DNA of 64,000 nucleotides from Alphaproteobacteria bacterium (lineage in GTDB: Bacteria > Pseudomonadota > Alphaproteobacteria > Sphingomonadales > Sphingomonadaceae), in assembly GCA_030430365.1 (NCBI GenBank), contig JAUIFP010000005.1, forward strand, positions 1,326 to 65,325, read 5' to 3'. How positions within the stretch are numbered: the stretch's first letter is position 1; every line of letters starts with the position of its first letter. Positions 27,540 through 37,965 of the stretch are shown here, one piece after another. The notes beneath the pieces are model-generated. The model ran no database searches, had not been told where the DNA came from, and worked only from the letters and a program-made list of their open reading frames with translations. Position numbers and translations under genes: made by a program.

Positions 27540-28193
27540 ATGACCGAACTTGAACGCCCCATTCTGACACCGCCCGACGGCGAGAAGCGCGTGCTGCTGC
27601 ATTCCTGCTGCGCGCCCTGCTCCGGCGAAGTCATGGAAGCGATGACCGCAAGCGGGATCGATTACACTATCTTCTTCTACAATCCGAACATCCACCCGAA
27701 GGAGGAATACCTCCTGCGCAAGGACGAAAATATCCGCTTTGCCGAAGAGCACGGGATTCCCTTCGTCGATGCGGATTACGACACCAGCGAGTGGTTCAAG
27801 CGTGCCCGGGGCATGGAGTGGGAGCCGGAGCGCGGCGCGCGCTGCACCATGTGCTTCGACATGCGCTTCGAACGCACGGCGCTCTATGCGCATGAGAACG
27901 GCTTTCCGATCATCACCTCGTCGCTCGGTATCTCTCGCTGGAAAAACATGCAGCAGATCAACGATTGCGGCGAACGCGCGGCCGAACATTATGACGGGGT
28001 CAAATACTGGACCTTCAATTGGCGCAAGGGCGGCGGCGCGCAGCGCATGATCGAAATCAGCAAGCGCGAACACTTCTACCAGCAGGAATATTGCGGCTGC
28101 GTCTATTCGCTGAGGGACACCAATGCGCACCGGACCTCCCAAGGGAGGCCCGAAATCCGCATCGGCGAAAACTACTACGGCGACAGCGACTAA
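27540..28193 (+). CDS. queH: Epoxyqueuosine reductase QueH
   Basis: [39 protein letters not shown]. Confidence 0.93.
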   Translation: MTELERPILTPPDGEKRVLLHSCCAPCSGEVMEAMTASGIDYTIFFYNPNIHPKEEYLLRKDENIRFAEEHGIPFVDADYDTSEWFKRARGMEWEPERGARCTMCFDMRFERTALYAHENGFPIITSSLGISRWKNMQQINDCGERAAEHYDGVKYWTFNWRKGGGAQRMIEISKREHFYQQEYCGCVYSLRDTNAHRTSQGRPEIRIGENYYGDSD

Positions 28194-28197
28194 GCGC

Positions 28198-30426
28198 TCA
28201 GTAACGCCCGCCGGCGGCAGCCACGGTGGTTTCCATAAATTGGGGCTTGCTTCTCGGGCCGTTCGACAGCGCCTGCATCGGATAGTTCCCGGCCGGCAGC
28301 GATTCCAGCGGCATGCCGGCAGCAGCCAGCGCATAGGGCGATACCCGGTGCCGGGTGCACAGCCCGCCCGAACCATCACTGACCAGCGGCGTTTCGAACT
28401 CCACGCCGATTTCCGCATCCTTGACGCGCGTTACCTTGCAGACGGCCAGCTGCCCTCCGCCCATATCCAGCACCAGCGACGTATCCACCGGGACGCCCAG
28501 CAGCCCCTCGATTTGCGCACCAGTTTTCGAAAGGTCGCGCATGACGCCGTTATAGCGGTGATCTTCATGGATGATGCCGATGCGGCGGAACACGGTCCGC
28601 CTGTCGGAACGGTAGAGATCGGGGCCATCCGGCTCGATCTTGAACTCGCCGCTGCTCATCCGCTCGAGAATCTCTTCCTGCTTGAGGGCCTTCGAATAGA
28701 TCCAACCCTGGATGTAGCGCGCACCCTTTGAACGTACGACTTCAAGCTGGTCGAAAGCCTCGACCCCTTCGACCGTCGTTTCGATGCCGAGCGCATTGGA
28801 GAGGCCGATAATCGCAGCGATGATCTTGGCGCTATTCTGGTCCTTCAACGTGCAGGAATCGACGAAGCTCTTGTCCACCTTGATCTTGTCGAACGGCGCA
28901 GAGCGCAGATAGCTGAGCGAGGAATAGCCGGTACCGAAATCGTCCAGCGCCAGCCGCACGCCAAGCCCGCGCAAGGTCTTGAAAATCTCGTCCACCGCTT
29001 CACTGTCGCCCATGAACACGCTCTCGGTCAGTTCCAGCTCGAGCCGGGACGGATCGAGGCCGGATGCCGTAAGCGCTTCCGTCACGGTATCGGGGAAGCC
29101 CGGATTTGCGAATTGCAGCGCGGAAACATTGACCGCGACCCTCACTGATTGCGGCCAGTTGGCGGCATCGCGGCATGCGCGGCGCAAGGCCCAGTCACCC
29201 AGTTGGATGATAAGGTTCGATTCCTCCGCAGCGGGGATGAACAGTGCCGGGCTGACAAAGCCCCGTTCGGGATGTTCCCAGCGCATCAGGCCTTCGAAGC
29301 TCACCACCATATTGTCCGTGGCGCGCACGACCGGCTGATAATGCAGTTCCAGCTGGTCGCCTTCCAGCGCTTCCTTCAGGTCTTCCATCAGCAGCCGGCG
29401 CTCTTCGGACTCGTCCTTGAGGTCCGCGGAATAGAACCGGAACTGGCCGCGCCCGCTATTCTTTGCCGCGTATAGCGCCAGGTCGGAACTGTGAACGAGC
29501 TCTTCTTTTTCGAGCCCGTCATAAGGCGCGATCGCAATACCCACCGAAGTGCCGATAATCGCGCGGTTGTCGCCAATCGGATAAGGCTGGGAAACGATCT
29601 GGATCACCTTGTCCGCGATTTCCCCCAGGGAACCACGATCGTCGATGTCCGGCAGGATCACCTGGAATTCGTCACCGCCCAGGCGCCCGACTTCGCCCCT
29701 GTCCCCGATGATTCTGCAGAGCCTGTCCGCCACTTGCTTCAGCAGGTCGTCACCGGCCTGGTGCCCCATCGTGTCGTTGACGTGCTTGAACCGGTCGAGG
29801 TCCAGCATCATCAGGGCGCAGCTGCGCTTGGCAGCCTTGTAGGAAGCCAGCAGCCCTTCCAGGCGCTTGTTCATCCGGTAGCGATTGGCGAGCCCGGTCA
29901 GCGCATCATATTCGGCCAGCTGCGAATCCTGCAGCTTGCGCTCGTACTCCACGGTTACATCGTTCGCGCTTCCGCGATAACCCTTGAAGTTGCCGTTCTC
30001 GTCGAATTTGGGCTGGCCGGAGATAGACCACCAGGTCCGCTTGGTTTCATTCTTCGATTTGCCGAGGGCCACCCTGACGACAAGCTCCACGAACTTACTG
30101 CGGGCGCTCAGCTGGAACTTGAAAGGACGGTCCGATTTTTCGAAAGGGTTATCGGGATCGACTTCGAAGATTTCTGCAAGAGGTTGTGCAAGTATTTCTT
30201 CAAGCGGCATTTTCAGCTTTTCCGCCGCTCTCTTGGAAATATAGATCAGGCGCCCGTCGGCATCGCTGGCCCACAGCCAGCCGAAATCCGTACTCTCGAA
30301 ATCGTCGAGAATCTCGAGACGGCGGGTACTATCCGCCGGTGTGATGACATGGGCATCGCCACGCGCGCTTTCCTGCGGCGCTGCCTTTTCCGCAGCAAAA
30401 CCCTTGAAAAGCCCTTTTACAGCCAT
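28198..30426 (-). CDS. PAS-GGDEF-EAL-PilZ c-di-GMP protein
   Basis: RLGGDEF, FEGLMRW, LDDFGTGYSS, C-terminal RSDRR...RDLSKTGA. Confidence 0.92.
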   Translation of the reverse strand: MAVKGLFKGFAAEKAAPQESARGDAHVITPADSTRRLEILDDFESTDFGWLWASDADGRLIYISKRAAEKLKMPLEEILAQPLAEIFEVDPDNPFEKSDRPFKFQLSARSKFVELVVRVALGKSKNETKRTWWSISGQPKFDENGNFKGYRGSANDVTVEYERKLQDSQLAEYDALTGLANRYRMNKRLEGLLASYKAAKRSCALMMLDLDRFKHVNDTMGHQAGDDLLKQVADRLCRIIGDRGEVGRLGGDEFQVILPDIDDRGSLGEIADKVIQIVSQPYPIGDNRAIIGTSVGIAIAPYDGLEKEELVHSSDLALYAAKNSGRGQFRFYSADLKDESEERRLLMEDLKEALEGDQLELHYQPVVRATDNMVVSFEGLMRWEHPERGFVSPALFIPAAEESNLIIQLGDWALRRACRDAANWPQSVRVAVNVSALQFANPGFPDTVTEALTASGLDPSRLELELTESVFMGDSEAVDEIFKTLRGLGVRLALDDFGTGYSSLSYLRSAPFDKIKVDKSFVDSCTLKDQNSAKIIAAIIGLSNALGIETTVEGVEAFDQLEVVRSKGARYIQGWIYSKALKQEEILERMSSGEFKIEPDGPDLYRSDRRTVFRRIGIIHEDHRYNGVMRDLSKTGAQIEGLLGVPVDTSLVLDMGGGQLAVCKVTRVKDAEIGVEFETPLVSDGSGGLCTRHRVSPYALAAAGMPLESLPAGNYPMQALSNGPRSKPQFMETTVAAAGGRY

Positions 30427-30732
30427 TTCTTACCTAGCCTTGTTTTTGTGCGTCCCGTCACGGACCGCGACCTTCCTGAATCGCGTCTAAACCAACATTA
30501 TTGAAAGGGTCCTAACGCCGATAATCGCGCGCCATGGCGGCTCTGCTCCGTGATTGGCCGAGACGCGCGATGGTGGCCGAGCCGAGAACCGAACGGCCCA
30601 GGCTTCTGGTCACATCCTTGAAACCTTGCTTGCGCAAATCGATGGGATAGCTGCACAATCCGCAAGGGCGCTTGGCCGAATTCGCAAACCGGGTTCGGCA
30701 CGATACGCCCCTGGCAAAATCGAGGTTCCAAC

Positions 30733-32154
30733 ATGAAGCGCCTGTTCCGCCCCGCCGTCACTTTCGCTGCCTTGTCGCTGGCCCTTTCGGCTTGTAGCGC
30801 CGATCAGCCGGCGCCGCTGGCATCCACGCCGCCGCCGTCCGATGCCCCCAAGGCAAAAAACGTCATCCTGTTCATTGGTGACGGAATGGGAATTTCGACC
30901 GTGACTGCCGCGCGCATCTACGCCGGTCAGGCCAACGGAACCCCCGGTGAAGAGAACCTGCTTTCATTCGAACATTTTCCCAATGTCGCTTTGGTGAAGA
31001 CCTACAACACCAACCAGCAGGTCCCCGACAGCGCGGGCACCGCCACGGCCATGAACACCGGCGTCAAGACGCGCGCAGGGATGATCGGCGTCGGGCATAC
31101 GGCGCATCGCGGCGATTGCACCGAAGGTCTGGCTGCCCGTCTGCCGCTCGCCGCCGAGGCGCTTGCTGCGCGCGGCACTGCCATCGGGATCGTCTCGACC
31201 GCCAGGCTCACCCACGCGACACCGGCAGCGGTCTATGCCCATTCGCCCGAGCGCGACTGGGAAAGCGACGACACAATCCCCGAGGCGCAGCGGACAAAGG
31301 GCTGTAAAGACATCGCAGCGCAACTGACCGAGTTCCCCTTCGCCGTGGCGCTGGGCGGAGGCACACGCCAATTTTTGGGATCGGAAAACGGCGGTAGCCG
31401 CCTGCAAGCGGACGCAGATCTCCCCGCCGCCTGGGCCGCGGAGAAAGGCGGAACCTTCGTCACGACGCGTGACGGCATGATGGCTGCCAGGGGCAGCGAC
31501 AGGCCGCTCCTGGGCCTGTTTTCGCCCAGCCACATGACATACATGCTCGACCGGAAGGCGGATACGAGCGAGCCAACGCTGAGTGAGATGACCGCGGCAG
31601 CGATCGACAAGCTTTCGGCCGATCCGGACGGTTACTACCTTATGGTGGAAGGCGGCAGGATCGATCACGGCCATCATGCCGGCCAGGCTGCCTATGCATT
31701 GAGCGAGACGCAGGAATTTGCGCGCGCAGTTGAAACGGCCTTAAGCAAGGTCGACCTGTCCGATACGCTTATCCTGGTCACTGCCGATCACAGCCATGTA
31801 TTCACGATGGCGGGCTATCCCACGCGCGGAAATCCCATTCTGGGCCTGGCCATGGGCAACGACGAACATGGCGAACCCACTGGCGAGCCGCTGCTGGCCG
31901 GCGATGGCCACCCCTACACCACCCTGGGCTATATGAACGGCCCCGGCGCGGTCGATAGCTTGCCGCGGCCGGCACCTGAGAAGGATCCGATGGCCCGCCA
32001 GCAATCGCTCATCCCGCTTTCCAGCGAAACGCATGGCGGCGAGGATGTGGCGCTCTATGGCGCAGGCCAAGGCGCCGATGGAGTGCACGGCGTGATCGAG
32101 CAGAACCGGATTTACGACATCATGATGCGGGCGCTCGGCATAGAGACGCAATAG
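30733..32154 (+). CDS. Alkaline phosphatase (PhoA family), lipoprotein
   Basis: LSAC lipobox, NVILFIGDGMG, VPDSAGTATA, THATPA, VEGGRIDHGHH, TADHSH, THGGEDV. Confidence 0.94.
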   Translation: MKRLFRPAVTFAALSLALSACSADQPAPLASTPPPSDAPKAKNVILFIGDGMGISTVTAARIYAGQANGTPGEENLLSFEHFPNVALVKTYNTNQQVPDSAGTATAMNTGVKTRAGMIGVGHTAHRGDCTEGLAARLPLAAEALAARGTAIGIVSTARLTHATPAAVYAHSPERDWESDDTIPEAQRTKGCKDIAAQLTEFPFAVALGGGTRQFLGSENGGSRLQADADLPAAWAAEKGGTFVTTRDGMMAARGSDRPLLGLFSPSHMTYMLDRKADTSEPTLSEMTAAAIDKLSADPDGYYLMVEGGRIDHGHHAGQAAYALSETQEFARAVETALSKVDLSDTLILVTADHSHVFTMAGYPTRGNPILGLAMGNDEHGEPTGEPLLAGDGHPYTTLGYMNGPGAVDSLPRPAPEKDPMARQQSLIPLSSETHGGEDVALYGAGQGADGVHGVIEQNRIYDIMMRALGIETQ

Positions 32155-32244
32155 CCCGGCTATCGGTTAGACAAGCGGGCCGAGGCTTGATGAAGCCTCC
32201 TGCGTGGTCCATCCTTGCCTGACCCCATCCAACAGGAGTCACCA

Positions 32245-32631
32245 ATGTCCGATTTCAAGCCCGTTCTCTACATGAAGACGTCGTGCCCGTGGTGCATGCG
32301 GCTTGCCGCATTCCTGGTGGAAGCGGGGATTTGGGATCGTTTCGAATTCCGCAATTTCTACGAGGGCGACGAAAATGAAGCGGCGATCCGCGCGGAAGTG
32401 GCCGAACATTTCGAGAAGGCCAGCTTCCCGACTCTGCAATACGAGCCCGGGAAATACATGATCGAAAGCGGTGACATCATCGCCAAATATGCCGACGAGC
32501 TCGGCCTCGATCCTGAAAACATGCCCTTCTACCAGTATTTCATGAATGGTCCGATGCGCCGCAATCGCGAAACCTTCCAGGAACTGATGAGACTGCGCAA
32601 GGAAGTCGAAGAAAACCGAGTCACAGCCTGA
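32245..32631 (+). CDS. Glutaredoxin / GST N-terminal domain protein
   Basis: LYMKTSCPWC, SFPTL, ESGDII; AGGAG RBS. Confidence 0.85.
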   Translation: MSDFKPVLYMKTSCPWCMRLAAFLVEAGIWDRFEFRNFYEGDENEAAIRAEVAEHFEKASFPTLQYEPGKYMIESGDIIAKYADELGLDPENMPFYQYFMNGPMRRNRETFQELMRLRKEVEENRVTA

Positions 32632-32647
32632 ACCGATTGGAACGGCC

Positions 32648-33943
32648 ATGCATTCGGCATCGCAAGGCCTGTCTCCTTTTCAGCTTGCAGCGCTGCTTGT
32701 GGTCACATCAGCGCTGCTGGGCTGGTTCAATCATCACTTCGTACGCCTGCCGCATGTCATCGGGCTGACCGTCATGGGCGCGGTCGCCGCGATCGGCCTG
32801 CTCCTGACGAACTATCTCATCCCGGGCATCACGCTGGACGATTGGGTGGCGAACACCCTTCAGGAGATGAATTTCACGGACACGCTGCTGCAGGGCATGC
32901 TGAGCTTCCTGCTGTTTGCCGGTGCGCTGCATGTCGATCTGGACCGGCTCCGGGCGGACTGGCTGCCGGTCTTGCTGCTCTCCACAGTGGGCGTGATCAT
33001 CTCCACCCTGATCGTTGGCGCAATCACCTGGGGCGCAGGGCTGCTGCTAGGCTTGCCGATCGCGCCGATCTGGTACTTCGTCTTCGGCGCGCTGATCAGC
33101 CCGACCGACCCGGTATCGGTTCTGGGCGTGCTCAAGGAAGAGGATGTTCCGGACTCGCTCCAGGCGACCGTAGCGGGGGAAAGCCTGTTCAATGACGGTG
33201 TCGGCATCGTGGTCTTCACCATACTGCTCGGCGCCGCGCTGACGGGGCAGGATTTCTCGCTTTCGGAAGGCGCACAGCTCTTCGCGCTGGAGGCAGGCGG
33301 CGGGATTATCATCGGTTTCGCAGTCGGCTGGCTGGGTTACCGTGCGATGCGGTCCATGGACGAATATGCGCTGGAAGTGCTCATCAGCCTGGCAGTGGTA
33401 ATGGGCGGCTATGCGCTGTGCCACTATCTCCACGTTTCCGGCCCGCTCGCCATGGCAGTCGCGGGCCTGCTGATCGGCAATCACGGCGTCACCTATGCAA
33501 TGAGCGACACGACGCGCGACTACGTGATCAAATTCTGGGAACTGGTGGACGAACTGCTCAATTCGGTCCTGTTCCTGCTGATCGGCCTGGAAATGATCGC
33601 CCTGGTCCCCGGCATACCACATGTCTTTCTTGGTTTGCTGGCGATCCCGATCACGCTCTTCGCCCGTGCAGCGGCGGTCGCCCTTTCGACGCGCGTGGTC
33701 CCTGCCGCAAACCCCAAGGCCGAAGGTGCCTGGAGCGTTCTGTGGTGGGGCGGCCTGCGCGGCGGCATATCGATAGCTTTGGCGCTGTCGCTGCCCGCCG
33801 GGCCCACCCGCGACCTGCTATTGGCCGCGACCTTTGCCGCGGTTCTGTTTAGCGTGCTGGTGCAGCGCGCCACGCTGGGACGCCTGATAGAGCGCCAGCG
33901 CGGCCCCTTGGACGAAGCCGAAGCTCCGCCAACGATCCACTAG
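32648..33943 (+). CDS. CPA1/NhaP family Na+/H+ antiporter
   Basis: LLFAGALH, ALISPTDPVSV, GESLFNDG, WGGLRGGIS. Confidence 0.93.
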   Translation: MHSASQGLSPFQLAALLVVTSALLGWFNHHFVRLPHVIGLTVMGAVAAIGLLLTNYLIPGITLDDWVANTLQEMNFTDTLLQGMLSFLLFAGALHVDLDRLRADWLPVLLLSTVGVIISTLIVGAITWGAGLLLGLPIAPIWYFVFGALISPTDPVSVLGVLKEEDVPDSLQATVAGESLFNDGVGIVVFTILLGAALTGQDFSLSEGAQLFALEAGGGIIIGFAVGWLGYRAMRSMDEYALEVLISLAVVMGGYALCHYLHVSGPLAMAVAGLLIGNHGVTYAMSDTTRDYVIKFWELVDELLNSVLFLLIGLEMIALVPGIPHVFLGLLAIPITLFARAAAVALSTRVVPAANPKAEGAWSVLWWGGLRGGISIALALSLPAGPTRDLLLAATFAAVLFSVLVQRATLGRLIERQRGPLDEAEAPPTIH

Positions 33944-36213
33944 AAATCTGCGGCCAGTTCTACGCCCAGAACCCGCCCCTTGAACACCGGAGAGAACGTT
34001 CCTGCAGCAGGACTGGGATCGAACGGTGCGTTCACGCCGTTGGAAAAGGCACCGCCGGCAAAGGGCAATTGCGTGTCACCGCCGAACTGCACTTCGTCCA
34101 GCAGGTTGCGGCCGAATACCGCCACCGTGATAGCCGGGGCCGCCAATTCCAGTGCCAGCCGGGCATCGAGCCGATCCGACGCCGAATTGAAGCCCCAATT
34201 GTTGTCCGTATAGGCATAGGCGCTGCGATGCTGGAAGAAGGCGCTCGCCACCAGCGTTCCGAGACCCTGCAGCGGTGCTTCGTAAATGGCGCTACCGCCC
34301 CAGGTCCATTTCGGCGCTCGGGGCAATGCCAGATCGAGATCGGCAGCGTCGATCACGCCATCCGAATTGAGGTCGAAGAAAATCTCTCGATACTCGGCGT
34401 CGATATGGCCGACATTCGCTGACAGCGTAAGCCCCTGCGCCGGCATGACTGCCGCTTCCAGTTCGCCGCCGCGAATGCGGGCATCGGCGGTATTATAAAC
34501 CGATTGGGCGAGACCCGAGGTCAGACTCGGTACATTCACTTCGCGCTGTAGCCCGTCCACTTCCGTCCAGAAGAGTGCGCCGTTCAGCTCCACCAGTTTG
34601 TCCGGCGAACGCCATTTGGCACCGATCTCGTAAGTGTCGACCCGCTCCTCATCGAAGGCAGGAGAGCCGAGCGCCGCCACCACCTCTTCGAAAGCAGCCG
34701 GCTGCGTGATGCGAAGATTGTATCCGCCTGAACGATAGCCGCGCGTCCAGCTGGCGTAAAAATTGCTAAGCGCGGACGGCTTGTAGGAAAGCGCAATGCG
34801 CGGCGAGAAGCTGTCCCAGCTCTCGCTGTCGGTGAAGCCGTTATTCTCGCCCGGAATCTCCTGCCCGGAAGTCGGGCAAGTGCCTGCAATGGAAGAGCAG
34901 GCTGCACGGGGGCGGACATAAGTGATTGCTGCGGACTTTTCCTCTCGCGACCAGCGCATGCCGCCTGTCAGCGTTATCGCTTCGGCAAGCTCGAAATCTA
35001 ACTGGGCATAGAGGCCATAGACGTCGTGCTCCTGGCGGCCACCGCCATAATAGATCGTGGGTACGCCAAGCCCGGTCAGATCGCGCGTCTCGTCATAGCC
35101 GACATCCTGATGGAACACATATCCGCCGGCTGTGACTGCAAACGCGCCGTAATCTGCCGCGTAGTATAGCTCGTTGGACCATTGCTCCTGCTGCGTTCCG
35201 GTATCGGATTCGAAAATTTTTTCGGGGGAGGAATCGATGTCGTTGCGCGTCGACAGATCGTATTCGCGCCAGCCGAAAATATTGGTCAGGCGTCCCTGCC
35301 CCAGCTCGTAATCGGCGCGGAGTAATGCAAATGTGCCTTCGCTGCGATAGAAGCCCGGCTGATTGACTGACAGATCGAAGCTGTCGCGGGCATTCTGGCC
35401 ATTGTTGTGCGTCACGGCTCCGTCACCCACACACTTGGTCCACTCACCCTTCAGAGTCAGCGAGAGGCGATCCGAAGCCAGCAAGGTGATCCCGCCGCGC
35501 AGCACGGTGGTCTCCTCTTCGCCGAAATCGCTCCCGTCAAAACCGTTCTCGAAATAGCCGCCATCATTGCTGTGCAATGCGGCGAGCCTGATCGCGACCC
35601 GGTCGGATATGGGACCGGAGACAACATTCCGCGCGGTCAGCATTCCGGCCCCCCTGCCGCCATCGACCGGCCCTTCGAAAGCCAATTTTGCGCTGCCTTC
35701 CCATTGCCAGCTCGGATCGGCAGTCTTGACCAGCACGGCGCCGCCGGTGGTGTTCCGGCCGAAAGCCACCCCCTGTGGGCCGCGCAGCAGATCGACGCTT
35801 TCGACATCGAGCATGTCGAACACAGTGCCAGCATTGATGCCCATATATACCCCGTCTACGAACAGGCCGACTGCCGGATCGATCGAGGGAATGGAGCTGT
35901 TAATGCCCAGCCCGCGGATGGAAAAATTGGCGACCCCCTTGAAGGTACCGATCGGATCGAGCGACACATTTGCGCTGGAATAGCTCAGCGAGGAAAGGTC
36001 CTGCACCTGACGCAATTCTAGCTTTTCAGTGTCGATCGAAACCATACTGCCGGCGTGGTCCAGCACCTGAGCGCCGGGGTTCTTGGCCGAGACGACGATT
36101 TCCGGCTTTGCCTCACCTGCGTCCTGGGATTGCGCATGTGCCGAAGCTGAGAATTGCAATGCGGTTGCTGCAGCAAGAAGCGATACGGCGCTGCGAAAAC
36201 CCGGTTGCGACAT
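33940..36213 (-). CDS. TonB-dependent receptor
   Basis: EIVVSA TonB-box-like, SIRGLG, DPAVGLFVDGVY, LLRGPQG..FGRNTTGGA, C-terminal Phe. Confidence 0.92.
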   Translation of the reverse strand: MSQPGFRSAVSLLAAATALQFSASAHAQSQDAGEAKPEIVVSAKNPGAQVLDHAGSMVSIDTEKLELRQVQDLSSLSYSSANVSLDPIGTFKGVANFSIRGLGINSSIPSIDPAVGLFVDGVYMGINAGTVFDMLDVESVDLLRGPQGVAFGRNTTGGAVLVKTADPSWQWEGSAKLAFEGPVDGGRGAGMLTARNVVSGPISDRVAIRLAALHSNDGGYFENGFDGSDFGEEETTVLRGGITLLASDRLSLTLKGEWTKCVGDGAVTHNNGQNARDSFDLSVNQPGFYRSEGTFALLRADYELGQGRLTNIFGWREYDLSTRNDIDSSPEKIFESDTGTQQEQWSNELYYAADYGAFAVTAGGYVFHQDVGYDETRDLTGLGVPTIYYGGGRQEHDVYGLYAQLDFELAEAITLTGGMRWSREEKSAAITYVRPRAACSSIAGTCPTSGQEIPGENNGFTDSESWDSFSPRIALSYKPSALSNFYASWTRGYRSGGYNLRITQPAAFEEVVAALGSPAFDEERVDTYEIGAKWRSPDKLVELNGALFWTEVDGLQREVNVPSLTSGLAQSVYNTADARIRGGELEAAVMPAQGLTLSANVGHIDAEYREIFFDLNSDGVIDAADLDLALPRAPKWTWGGSAIYEAPLQGLGTLVASAFFQHRSAYAYTDNNWGFNSASDRLDARLALELAAPAITVAVFGRNLLDEVQFGGDTQLPFAGGAFSNGVNAPFDPSPAAGTFSPVFKGRVLGVELAADF

Positions 36214-36532
36214 TTATGTTCTCCTTCGCGCCGCTGCAGCGCACAACTTTTTCGCCGCCCCTCTGAAGATCGGACGCGCAAGTGTCAATTGACGCTACGG
36301 AAAGCGTGGATTTTGCTGTGCAGCCCATTAGACGCGGCAATCGCGCTTCCAGCCCAACGAGGGGCTTCATCAATTGCCAAATTTCGGTGGTCTATCCGCG
36401 CTGTACCCTTCACGTTTCCGGCAAATCGTCTAAGTAACAATACATAGTCGCCACCGCGGGAAGCTCAAATGCGCTCACCCGCTCCGACGACACATGCAAC
36501 AACACGCCCGAATTGAAAGGAACAGGCAGGGC

Positions 36533-37924
36533 ATGATCTTGATCGGCTCATACGCCTTGGCCCTCAATGGCCACCGATCTCTGGATAAGGTGAAGGATAT
36601 CGACCTTGTCGGGACCGAGGACGACGTGGAGCGCTTTCGCAAGATGCACGCGGCGATCATCAAGAAGGAAACCTTGGCCCACGGCCACGTCTATCTCTTC
36701 CAGCTAGAACCTGGTCAACCAGTGGCCAAGGTCGAAATTGATGTCGAAAACACCGAGTCCAATGGGATGCTGCCAGCACTCTGCCGTGAGAAGGCAACCA
36801 TAATGGGGTTCGAGGTCGCCGTGGCGCCGCTTGAAGTGCTGTACATTCTCAAGCGCTCTCATTTGAACGTTCCCGTCTTCTACGAAAAGGGCGTTCGCGA
36901 CATGCTGGAACTCAAGCCATCGATCAAAGAGTTCTCACCGGGAGAAGAAGCTTTCTACCGGACGCGCAAGCAGGAAATCATCGAGCGCTTTGCTCTGCAT
37001 AGGCAACGATTTACGTTGTCGATCCGCAATGAGGATTTCTTCGACCTTTCCGACCATATCCGTTTTTACGTTCATGACGACCTGCACGAAGCCGTCGCCC
37101 ATACTCCAGGCCAGCCGCTCTACAAGAAGTGCAAGCACGATCTTTCGTTGGCCAAGATCGACATAGACCTGTTCGAGGAGCTTGCGCACGCGGATCAGCT
37201 GCGCATGGTACAAGAAGAATTCATGGTGATCGGACTGGAGCGCTACTTCCTGCACAATCGCGCGCTGAATACCGCCGAAGTCTACGAAATGGGCATGCAC
37301 AAGACGATCCGGGATCTGTTTACCGGTTACTTCCAAGACTTCTGCATCGACCACCTTGATGAGTTGATGACGCCCCCGCCCTATGATTTCGTGGCAAGGT
37401 TTTGCGACGCCGAAAGCAAAGGGCAACTGCGGCAAGTGGAGATCCCGATCCCTCCGCCCACGGCAGCACACAAGGAAATCTGGACCCTGCTTCAGAAGGG
37501 CGAGTTGGAGGAAGCGCGCCGCCGCTCCGAAGATATGTTGCGGCAGGCAGACCGCGGGATAGACACGCATGCGACATTCCTTCTCGGCGTAGCCCTCTTC
37601 CGCATGAAGAAGCTAAAGCTGGCCGAACGATGCTTGCGTATGTGCCTGTCGAGGGATCGAAAACATCCGATGGCATGGTTCTTCCTTGGCACCCTCCTGA
37701 GGATGACGGAGAGAAATCCTGCCGCGATCAAGGCGCTCACACAGGCTGCAAAGCTAGGGTTTCGGACATTCGGATTACACTGGAATCTCGGGCTGGCTTT
37801 TGAAAAGCAGAATATGCCCCGACGAGCGATCGCCGCATACAAGAGGGCGCAAGCCCAGAAACAGGATGATCCAAGGCCAAGCCGCAGGCTTGCGGCATTG
37901 GAGGCTTCGTTGGCAGCAGCCTAA
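36533..37924 (+). CDS. Putative Pol-beta-like nucleotidyltransferase-fold protein with C-terminal TPR repeats
   Basis: LIGSYAL...KDIDL motif, HDDLHEAVA, C-terminal TPR-like helices (FLLGVAL...A, AWFFLG...A, WNLGLAF...AIAAYKRA); alternative start 36494. Confidence 0.65.
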   Translation: MILIGSYALALNGHRSLDKVKDIDLVGTEDDVERFRKMHAAIIKKETLAHGHVYLFQLEPGQPVAKVEIDVENTESNGMLPALCREKATIMGFEVAVAPLEVLYILKRSHLNVPVFYEKGVRDMLELKPSIKEFSPGEEAFYRTRKQEIIERFALHRQRFTLSIRNEDFFDLSDHIRFYVHDDLHEAVAHTPGQPLYKKCKHDLSLAKIDIDLFEELAHADQLRMVQEEFMVIGLERYFLHNRALNTAEVYEMGMHKTIRDLFTGYFQDFCIDHLDELMTPPPYDFVARFCDAESKGQLRQVEIPIPPPTAAHKEIWTLLQKGELEEARRRSEDMLRQADRGIDTHATFLLGVALFRMKKLKLAERCLRMCLSRDRKHPMAWFFLGTLLRMTERNPAAIKALTQAAKLGFRTFGLHWNLGLAFEKQNMPRRAIAAYKRAQAQKQDDPRPSRRLAALEASLAAA

Positions 37925-37965
37925 GACACGGCGGTTGCGGCAAGCTTCCAGTCGCTAATCGGATA

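Noticed and set aside
30607-30624. Pho box upstream of alkaline phosphatase (TGGTCAC-ATCC-TTGAAAC)
   Set aside because: Too many mismatches to call without a PWM score
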